Shown here piece after piece: positions 31,279 to 38,697 of a DNA stretch of 57,079 bases (position 1 is the stretch's first letter; the number at the start of each line of letters is the position of its first letter). Made by a program: the position numbers and the translations under genes. Source of the DNA: an uncultured Desulfobacteraceae bacterium (GTDB lineage Bacteria; Desulfobacterota; Desulfobacteria; Desulfobacterales; JAABSP01); assembly GCA_964652715.1 (NCBI GenBank), contig CAZZBE010000004.1, positions 1 through 57,079 of the forward strand. The letters run 5' to 3'. The notes beneath the pieces were generated by a model, which worked only from the letters and a program-made list of their open reading frames with translations, did not search any database and was not told the origin of the DNA.

Positions 31279-31365
31279 ATGAAAAAAGAAGATTATTGGA
31301 TGGTCGGTCTCGTTGCCTTCTCCTGCCTGTTCTGGGCATCTTTCGGAATGGGCGTTTGGGGATAA
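31279..31365 (+). CDS. 28-aa hydrophobic micro-protein (MKKEDYWMVGLVAFSCLFWASFGMGVWG)
   Basis: It is below the track length cut-off. A perfect AAGGAGG (31265-31271) lies 7 nt upstream of the ATG. The peptide has a single TM-like segment and is followed by a hairpin. Confidence 0.4.
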   Translation: MKKEDYWMVGLVAFSCLFWASFGMGVWG

Positions 31366-31385
31366 CCTAACCTGAACCGGTACAG

Positions 31386-31418
31386 AGACCCGCCGATCCC
31401 CCGAGGGTCGGCGGGTCT
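31386..31418 (+). terminator. hairpin AGACCCGCCGA...TCGGCGGGTCT after the symporter/micro-ORF
   Basis: 11-bp GC-rich stem followed by TCTTCTGTC (a weak U-tract). Confidence 0.45.
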
Positions 31419-31453
31419 TCTGTCATGACCACCGGCCGGAGGCCGAATTTCCC

Positions 31454-31822
31454 ATGAGCCGAAAGATATTGATCGTAGACGATGAACCGAGCATCGTCGT
31501 TCCCCTTCAGTTTTTGATGGAGCAAAACGGTTACGAGGTGAAAACCGCCGCCACCGGAGAGGAAGGAATCGAGGCCCTGTCGACCTTTCGGCCCGACGCG
31601 GTGCTGCTCGACATCATGCTGCCGGGCATGGACGGCTTCGAGGCGTGCCAGCGGATCCGGGAGATCCCCGAGGGGCGCGACGCCCGGATCATCTTCCTGA
31701 CGGCCATGGGCCGGGAAATGGACATCGCCAAAGGCATGTCCCTGGAACCGGACGACTACATCACAAAGCCCTTTTCCAACGCGGACGTGGCGGCCCGGGT
31801 CCGGAAGCTCTTTTCCGACTGA
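31454..31822 (+). CDS. stand-alone response regulator receiver (CheY-like)
   Basis: KILIVDDE, LLDIMLPGMDG and DDYITKPF are present. The length is 122 aa. Confidence 0.92.
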   Translation: MSRKILIVDDEPSIVVPLQFLMEQNGYEVKTAATGEEGIEALSTFRPDAVLLDIMLPGMDGFEACQRIREIPEGRDARIIFLTAMGREMDIAKGMSLEPDDYITKPFSNADVAARVRKLFSD

Positions 31823-31853
31823 GACCGGGCAAGGACGGATCGGCAGGTTTCGG

Positions 31854-34022
31854 ATGAATCCGCGCAACAAATTCTGGTGGTTCGCCGGCGTCTCCATCGG
31901 CATCACCGCCCTCATCATCGCCATCCTCTTCATTGTTTTCTGGCGGCAACTCTCCCCCAGCGAAAAAACGCTGCTCTTCAGCCTGTTCAAAAACCATTTC
32001 GCTTACATCTTCATCGCCCTGTTCCTGATGCTGACCGGGTTCGTGTTCGCCATGGACGCCATGTTCCACAACTACATCATCCCGGTCTCCAAACTGGCGG
32101 AGGAAGTGGCGGTGATCCATTCGGTCAACCCCTCCCACCGGATCCGGATGGAGGGCAGCCGGGATATCGGCCGGTTGATCCGGGCTCTCAACGAGGGCGC
32201 CGACAATGTCGAAGCCCTCCGGCGCAACGTCTCCCAGAAGATCCAGGCGGCCAAATCCGAGGCCGAGGAGGAGAAGAACCTCCTGGCGTCCTTCATGTCC
32301 GAATTGCCGGAGGCCGTTCTCATCTGCAACGCCGACGGCAGGATCCTTTTCTACAACAAGCGGGCCCGGGAGTTTCTCGAAGCCAACGGCGGCCCGTCGC
32401 AAACCGACGGCGCCGACGGCCGGTACATCGGCCTGGGCCGGTCCGTCTTCAGCGTCGTGGACGAGCACCTGATCCTCCACGCCCTGGACGAGATCGCCGA
32501 AAAGCTCGAACGCCAGGAGGCCGGCGTGGCCGCCTATTTCGTTCTGGTGGGCAAAGAGGGGCGGCTGCTGCGGGTCGAGGCCGTGCCGATTCTGAACAAG
32601 GAAGATCCCCGGCGGGTGGACGGTTTCATTCTCATCCTCTACGACATCACCGACCGGATCGAGACCGAACGGCAGGTCGATTTTCTGCTCCAGACGCTGG
32701 TGCGACGGTTCCGGTCCTCCCTGGCCAGCATCCGCTCGGCCATCGAGGCCATCATCGAGTACCCCCGGATGGAAGAACGGCAACTGGACAATTTCCGGAA
32801 AATCATCCACCAGGAAACGGTGGTGCTGGGCGACGCCCTGGACAAGACGGCCGAAGAGTACGACCGGTACGCGGAGACCCACTGGCCCCGGGTCCACATG
32901 CGGGTGGGCGATCTGTTCACCACCATCCAACGGAAGGCCAAAGAAAAACTGGACGTCGTTCTCAAGGTCAAAGCCCCCGAGGCGACCTGCTGGGTGAAGA
33001 TCGACTCCTACGCCATGGTGCTGGCCGTCCTTTACGTGCTGAAACGCCTCAAGGAGAGCACCGGCGGAAAAAAATTCGAATGCCGGTTCGACCGGAAGGA
33101 GCGGTTCGTCAACGTCGATCTCGTCTGGAAGGGCGAACCCATCCCCATCGAGACCCTCCGGAAATGGGAAACCGATCCCCTGGTGCTCAAGGCCGAAGGC
33201 CTCGGGCTTTCTCTCCGGGAGGTCATGGAGCACCACGACGCCCAGCTCTGGTGTCCGTCCTGCAAGGAGGATCGCAAACGGTCCGCCCTGCGGCTCTTTC
33301 TTCCCCTGACCCAGGCGCCGGGCGCCGAAATCTCCGGCGGCGCCGGCGTGGTGCCGGAGGGGCGGCCCGAGTTTTACGACTTCGACCTTTTCAACCAGCC
33401 CGGTCAGACCCCCGAGCTGGACAACCAGCCCCTGGGGTTCCTTACCTGCACGGTCTTCGACACCGAGACCACGGGGCTCGATCCCAAGGGCGGGGACGAG
33501 ATCATCTCCATCGGCGCGGTACGCATCGTCAACGGACGGCTGCTCACCGGCGAGATTTTCGATCAATTGGTTGACCCCCGGCGTCCTTTGCCGTATGAAT
33601 CGGTCAAGGTGCACGGCATTCAGCCGGAGATGCTCAGGGGGAAACCGACCATCGACAAGGTGTTGCCGATGTTTCACGGGTTCGCCGAAGAGACGGTGCT
33701 GGTGGGGCACAACGCGGCCTTCGACATGCGCATGCTCCAGGTGAAGGAGCGCCGGACCGGGGTGCGGTTCATCAATCCGGTTCTCGACACGCTTCTCCTT
33801 TCAGCGGTGGTCCACCCCGCCCAGAGCGATCACAGCCTGGAGGCCATCGCCCGGCGGCTGGGGATCCGGATCAAGGGACGCCACACGGCACTGGGGGATG
33901 CGGTGTCCACCGGCGAGATCTTTCTGAAGCTCGTCCCCCTGCTGGAGAAGGCGGGGATCCGAACCCTGAAGGCGGCGCGCCAGGCGTCGGAAAAGACCTA
34001 TTACGCGCGCTTGAAGTATTAG
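31854..34022 (+). CDS. membrane sensor: 2 TM, HAMP, PAS, degenerate kinase core, fused C-terminal DEDDh (DnaQ-like) 3'-5' exonuclease
   Basis: Exo I is VFDTETTGLD, Exo II is GHNAAFDMRML and Exo III is HTALGDAVSTGEIF. The DHp-like helix reads VRRFRSSLASI, with Arg where the phospho-accepting His of SHELRTPL would sit. Confidence 0.85.
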   Translation: MNPRNKFWWFAGVSIGITALIIAILFIVFWRQLSPSEKTLLFSLFKNHFAYIFIALFLMLTGFVFAMDAMFHNYIIPVSKLAEEVAVIHSVNPSHRIRMEGSRDIGRLIRALNEGADNVEALRRNVSQKIQAAKSEAEEEKNLLASFMSELPEAVLICNADGRILFYNKRAREFLEANGGPSQTDGADGRYIGLGRSVFSVVDEHLILHALDEIAEKLERQEAGVAAYFVLVGKEGRLLRVEAVPILNKEDPRRVDGFILILYDITDRIETERQVDFLLQTLVRRFRSSLASIRSAIEAIIEYPRMEERQLDNFRKIIHQETVVLGDALDKTAEEYDRYAETHWPRVHMRVGDLFTTIQRKAKEKLDVVLKVKAPEATCWVKIDSYAMVLAVLYVLKRLKESTGGKKFECRFDRKERFVNVDLVWKGEPIPIETLRKWETDPLVLKAEGLGLSLREVMEHHDAQLWCPSCKEDRKRSALRLFLPLTQAPGAEISGGAGVVPEGRPEFYDFDLFNQPGQTPELDNQPLGFLTCTVFDTETTGLDPKGGDEIISIGAVRIVNGRLLTGEIFDQLVDPRRPLPYESVKVHGIQPEMLRGKPTIDKVLPMFHGFAEETVLVGHNAAFDMRMLQVKERRTGVRFINPVLDTLLLSAVVHPAQSDHSLEAIARRLGIRIKGRHTALGDAVSTGEIFLKLVPLLEKAGIRTLKAARQASEKTYYARLKY

Positions 34023-34067
34023 TCACAGCGGCGCCGGCAGAGACAGCGATGAAGAGAGCTTGGAATT

Positions 34068-36398
34068 ATGAGCAAGGAGATTTACAAATATCTGGCCGGC
34101 GTGCCCCCTTTTTCCGAACTGCCCAGGGGGGAGCTGGGCAGGATCATCGACAAGACCGCCGAGGTCGTCCATCCGGCCGGAACCACCCTGGCGGTCCAGG
34201 CCCGGACCCGGATCGAGAACGTGCTGGTCATCCGGAGCGGCGTTCTGAAGCTCTATTACGACCGGGACGGAGAAGAGATCCATGTCCGCCGTCAGAAGCG
34301 GGGTCGGATTTTCGGCGGCATTTCGATTCTCATGAACGGCGGGTTTTCGGTGCGGACCGTGGAGGTGGAGGAGGAGGCCACGGTCTATGCCATCCCGGCG
34401 GACCTGTTCCAGGAGATCTGCGACCGGCGCCGGCGGTTTTACGAGTTTTTCGTCCGGGACTTCAGTGAGCAGATGGACGACGAATCCTACGCCGACATCG
34501 TCGCCGCCAACCAGGCCTTTCGGTTTCTGCGGGACGTTCCCCCCTTCTCCTTTCTGGAATCCGACGAACTGGAACGGGTCGCCGAAAAGGCGATCCGGGC
34601 GCATTACCCGGCCGACACCGTGCTGTTCGTCCAGGGACGGTCCAGGGTCGATCACCTCCACGTCATCGAAAAAGGGGCGGCCGAACGCTACTACGAGGAA
34701 AAGGACAAGAAGACGCTGCGCGGCGTGATCAGCGAAGGGGACCTGTACGGCGGCATTTCCATGCTCATGAACAACGGCGTGGCGGTCCGGACCCTCCGGA
34801 CCAACGAAAAAACCTATTTCTACCTCATCCCCCGGTCGGTTTTCCTCGACCTCTGTCAGCGGTTCGAGGCGTTTTCCGAGTATTTCTCGGACACCTTCGG
34901 CAAACGGATGCTGGATCGCTCCTACGCCGAGATCGTGGCCAAAACCATCGAGTCCCGGGAAGAGGCCCTCCAGTTCTTCAATCGTCCTGTTTCCAGCTGC
35001 TACAACCCCCATGTCCTTTCCTGCCGGATGGATCTCTCCATCCAGGAGGCGGCGCGGACCATGAGCGAACAGAAGTGCTCCTCCATTCTCGTTCGGAACG
35101 CCGAAAGCGACTATGTGGGGATCCTGACGGACAACGATCTGCGGCGGAAGGTGATCGCGGAAGGGTACGACATCCGGAAGCCCGTGAGCGACGTGATGAC
35201 CGCGCCCCTCAAGACCATCTCCGCCGGCGCGGAAATTTTCGAAACCTTCATGACCATGATGCGCGACCATATCAAGCACCTGGCCGTGGTCGACACCGAC
35301 GAGCGGGTGGTGGGCGTGGTCGGCAACCGGGACCTCCTGACCGCGCAGGGCCGGTCCCCTTTCTTTTTCATTCGGGACATCAACGACACCGAGGGGGTCG
35401 AACCGCTCCGGGACAAATACCGGGAACTCCCCGAAGTGGTTCAGAACCTGATCCAGAGCGGCGCCAAGTCGGACAACATCAACAGTTTCATCACCAGCAT
35501 CTCGGACAGCATCCTGGAGAAGCTGGTGGCCGATGCCGTCCGGGAGGTCGGAGAACCGCCCTGCCGGTTCGTCTTCATGATCATGGGCAGCGAAGGCCGC
35601 AAGGAACAGACCCTCAAAACGGACCAGGACAACGCCATCGTTTTCGAAGACGTCGAAGAAGACAAGGCGAAGGAGACCCAGGCCTATTTCCTGAAACTGG
35701 GCGAGACGGTCTGCGACTGGCTCAATGAAGTGGGATACGCCTTCTGCGAGGGCGGGGTCATGGCCAAAAACCGCAAATGGTGCCAGCCCCTGGCGGTCTG
35801 GAAAGGCCATTTCAGCTCCTGGATCCACGCGGCCGAGGCCGAGGACCTCCTCCAGGCGTCCATTTTTTTCGATTTTCGCACCGGCTACGGCGACGCGGCC
35901 CTGGTGGAGGACCTGCGGGCGTTCCTCTTCAGCTCCCTGGGGGGATGGTCCGGGTTTTTCCGCCACCTGGCCGAAAACGCGCTCCATTTCAAACCGCCCC
36001 TGGGGTTTTTCAGGAGTTTCGTGGTGGAGTCCAAGGGTCGGCACCGGAACAAATTCGACATCAAGAGCGCCATGACGCCCATCGTCGATTTCGCCCGGAT
36101 CTACGCTTTGAAACACAAAATCCCGGAGACCAACACCCTGGAGCGGCTCCACGGACTTTATCTCAAGAAATTCCTCAGCTGGGACGAGTACAACGAACTG
36201 GATCAGGCCTACGGGTTCCTGATGCAGATCCGGTTCCTGCGCCAGACCACCGCCGTGCTGGAAGAGGAGGCGCCGCCGGACAACTATGTGAATCCCAAAA
36301 AGCTTTCCGTCATCGAACAGACCATGCTCAAAGAGATCTTCAAGCGGACGGAGAAGTTTCAGGGAAAATTAAACTTTGATTTTATTGGAATCATCTGA
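34068..36398 (+). CDS. 2x cNMP-binding, CBS pair, DUF294-type (pol-beta fold) nucleotidyltransferase
   Basis: Two cNMP-like beta-rolls and two CBS motifs (VGILTDNDL, VGVVGNRDLL) are present. The NTase motif is MGSEGRKEQTLKTDQDN (GS..DxD), followed by a helical DUF294_C-like tail. Confidence 0.85.
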   Translation: MSKEIYKYLAGVPPFSELPRGELGRIIDKTAEVVHPAGTTLAVQARTRIENVLVIRSGVLKLYYDRDGEEIHVRRQKRGRIFGGISILMNGGFSVRTVEVEEEATVYAIPADLFQEICDRRRRFYEFFVRDFSEQMDDESYADIVAANQAFRFLRDVPPFSFLESDELERVAEKAIRAHYPADTVLFVQGRSRVDHLHVIEKGAAERYYEEKDKKTLRGVISEGDLYGGISMLMNNGVAVRTLRTNEKTYFYLIPRSVFLDLCQRFEAFSEYFSDTFGKRMLDRSYAEIVAKTIESREEALQFFNRPVSSCYNPHVLSCRMDLSIQEAARTMSEQKCSSILVRNAESDYVGILTDNDLRRKVIAEGYDIRKPVSDVMTAPLKTISAGAEIFETFMTMMRDHIKHLAVVDTDERVVGVVGNRDLLTAQGRSPFFFIRDINDTEGVEPLRDKYRELPEVVQNLIQSGAKSDNINSFITSISDSILEKLVADAVREVGEPPCRFVFMIMGSEGRKEQTLKTDQDNAIVFEDVEEDKAKETQAYFLKLGETVCDWLNEVGYAFCEGGVMAKNRKWCQPLAVWKGHFSSWIHAAEAEDLLQASIFFDFRTGYGDAALVEDLRAFLFSSLGGWSGFFRHLAENALHFKPPLGFFRSFVVESKGRHRNKFDIKSAMTPIVDFARIYALKHKIPETNTLERLHGLYLKKFLSWDEYNELDQAYGFLMQIRFLRQTTAVLEEEAPPDNYVNPKKLSVIEQTMLKEIFKRTEKFQGKLNFDFIGII

Positions 36399-36408
36399 TA
36401 AAAAACCC

Positions 36409-36516
36409 CGAGGGACAAAGGGACAAAGGGACCGAGGGACAAAGTAAGAATCCAGGCAAGCGACTTCCAAGACCCTTTGTCCCTTTGTCCCTTTGTCCCT
36501 CAGTCCCTTTTTTTTA
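36409..36516 (+). repeat. long hairpin built from tandem octamers (GGACAAAG x4 vs CTTTGTCC x4) followed by T8; probable terminator
   Basis: The left arm is 36412-36444 and the right arm is 36473-36507, with a loop of about 28 nt and a T-run at 36508-36516. Confidence 0.6.
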
Positions 36517-36536
36517 CTTTTGAAAGGAGGCCATTG

Positions 36537-37151
36537 ATGGCGGTGATTACGATTTCCAGGCAGTTCGGCGCCGGCGGCAGAACCCTGGGAAAAATGGTGG
36601 CGGATAAACTCGGATACGGCTTCTACGACAACGAACTGATTCAGATGGTGGCGGAAAAGGCCAAGGTCTCCAAGACATGGGTGGAGTCGATGGAGAAAGA
36701 GGCCGGCGGCGCCTTCCAGAGGTTTATCACCGGCCTGGTCTCCAAAAGCATGGTGGATCGGATCCTGAGCGGCGAACGGGGATACATGGATGAGGAAATC
36801 TACGTGGACATGCTCCACAAGGTCATCGCCAAGATCGCCGAAGAGGACAACGCCGTGATCGTCGGCCGGGGCGGTCAGTACATCCTTCAGGGCCGTCGGG
36901 ACGTCTTTCACGTCCTGCTGGTCAGCGCCTTCGATGACCGGATCGGCTTCATGGAGAAGCATTACAATATGTCCCACAAACAGGCCCATCAGGCCGTGTC
37001 GGCGGACGACCGGCGGCGGGTCAACCTTTACCGGAAGTTCGGCCGCCAGGATTACGAAAAACCGGGCCTGTACCACCTCATCCTCAACATGAGCCTCTTC
37101 GATCTGGACAAGGCGTGCAGCCTGTTGCTCAAACTCGTCCGGTCCCGATGA
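36537..37151 (+). CDS. cytidylate-kinase-like family P-loop protein
   Basis: The N-terminus is MAVITISRQFGAGGRTLGKMVADKLGYGFYDNELI. The track start at 36477 lies within the octamer hairpin. Confidence 0.72.
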   Translation: MAVITISRQFGAGGRTLGKMVADKLGYGFYDNELIQMVAEKAKVSKTWVESMEKEAGGAFQRFITGLVSKSMVDRILSGERGYMDEEIYVDMLHKVIAKIAEEDNAVIVGRGGQYILQGRRDVFHVLLVSAFDDRIGFMEKHYNMSHKQAHQAVSADDRRRVNLYRKFGRQDYEKPGLYHLILNMSLFDLDKACSLLLKLVRSR

Positions 37152-37163
37152 CCCTTTGACGCC

Positions 37164-38270
37164 TTGGCGATCAGGAGACTTTTCGTCGACAGAGCGGTGG
37201 CCCGCCATCCCCGGACCGAGGCCATCCGCTCCCGACTCCGTCTGCCGGCCGAACCGGTTTCCGACCCCCGGGAGGTCTATCAATCGGTTTCGGCCGCGGA
37301 CGATCCGGCCGCCCGGGGCAAATCGGTCCTCTACCTGACCCGCAACAAAGGCCCCTTTATCCGGAAGTGCCCCGGCACCCGCTCCTACACCTGCTGCGAT
37401 TATTACATCCTCCATATCGGAACCTATTGCGTCATGGACTGCGCCTACTGCATCCTCCAGGCTTATTTCCATCCCCCGGTTCTCCAGTTTTTCGTCAATC
37501 TCGAAGAGATGACCGAGGCCCTGGACCGGCTTTTCAGAGGCGATCCGCCGGTACGCCGGATCGGCACCGGCGAGTTCACCGACAGCATGATCTGGGAACC
37601 CTGGACCGGTCTGTCCGAGCTGCTGGTCCCCCGGTTCGGCCGTCAGTCCCGGACGGTTCTGGAACTGAAAACCAAAACCACGGCCGTCGACGCTTTGGAG
37701 GGCTTGGACCACGACCGCAAGACCATCATGGCCTGGTCCCTCAACACGGAACGGGTCATCCGGTCCGAGGAACGGGGGACGGCGTCCCTGTCCGCCCGGC
37801 TGGCGGCGGCGGCCCGTTGCGGGGAATGGGGCTATCCCCTGGCCTTCCACTTCGACCCCATGGTGATCTACGACGGCTGCGAGGCGGAGTACGACGCCGT
37901 GGCGGCGCGGCTGTTCGACAGCGTCTCCCCGGACAATGTGGTCTGGATCAGCCTGGGCACGTTCCGGTTCATGCCGGCTCTCAAACCCGTGATCCAGCAG
38001 CGGTTCCCCGACTCCCGGATCGTCTACGGCGAGTTCATCACCGGCCTCGACGGCAAAATGCGCTACTTCAAGCCGCTGCGCATCGCCCTCTACCGGAAAA
38101 TGGCCGAGGCCATCCGGCGCCGGGCCCCCCACGTCGCCGTGTATTTCTGCATGGAGGACGACGAGGTGTGGAAAAAGGCGCTGGGGTTCACGCCCGAGGA
38201 GCGGGGGGGGCTGCCGGGGATGCTCGACGAGGCGGCGCGTCGGTGTTGCGGCCTTACGGTGGACTTTTGA
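37164..38270 (+). CDS. spore-photoproduct-lyase-family radical SAM protein
   Basis: The CxxxCxxC cluster CVMDCAYCILQAYF is preceded by RKCPGTRSYTCCDYYIL. The size is about 370 aa. Confidence 0.72.
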   Translation: MAIRRLFVDRAVARHPRTEAIRSRLRLPAEPVSDPREVYQSVSAADDPAARGKSVLYLTRNKGPFIRKCPGTRSYTCCDYYILHIGTYCVMDCAYCILQAYFHPPVLQFFVNLEEMTEALDRLFRGDPPVRRIGTGEFTDSMIWEPWTGLSELLVPRFGRQSRTVLELKTKTTAVDALEGLDHDRKTIMAWSLNTERVIRSEERGTASLSARLAAAARCGEWGYPLAFHFDPMVIYDGCEAEYDAVAARLFDSVSPDNVVWISLGTFRFMPALKPVIQQRFPDSRIVYGEFITGLDGKMRYFKPLRIALYRKMAEAIRRRAPHVAVYFCMEDDEVWKKALGFTPEERGGLPGMLDEAARRCCGLTVDF

Positions 38271-38319
38271 AACCCATAAACGCCGGTTCTGGATATGGCA
38301 TAGGAGGATAAGCAAAATA

Positions 38320-38574
38320 ATGGTTTCCGACGAAATGGGCGCTCGGCTGCACGACAGAGCAACGCGAGGCCACACACTGACGGCCGAGGAGCGCCAGTTG
38401 CTGGAACAATGGTACCAGCAACTGGATCGCGCGGAAGCTGCCGCTCTGAATATCGCTATCGATGAGAACCTGCCTGAAGAACACAAATTGCAAGAGCAGA
38501 TTGACGCCGTGTTAGCCCGGATTGGGTCTGTTTCTGAACAAATCCAAAAATTAACTGAAGAAAAAAATCTTTGA
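38320..38574 (+). CDS. hypothetical small coiled-coil protein (possibly frameshifted)
   Basis: 84-aa ORF at the left edge of an AT-richer islet. There is no good SD. The helical heptad-like sequence continues in another frame to 38642. Confidence 0.3.
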   Translation: MVSDEMGARLHDRATRGHTLTAEERQLLEQWYQQLDRAEAAALNIAIDENLPEEHKLQEQIDAVLARIGSVSEQIQKLTEEKNL

Positions 38575-38697
38575 AAAACGATATTGCGCGTCTTCATGAA
38601 CAGTTGTCAGAAAAATCGCTGACACAGTCCGCACAATTTTAGACAGTTTGGTTTGATTTCACACTCAATTGGTTGTTGCTGAAGGTTAACCAAAGAT

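Noticed and set aside
36409-36507. Possibility that the GGACAAAG/CTTTGTCC repeats are a CRISPR array.
   Set aside because: The units are only 8 nt and directly abutting without spacers. They are arranged as two inverted blocks that form one hairpin. No cas genes are present.
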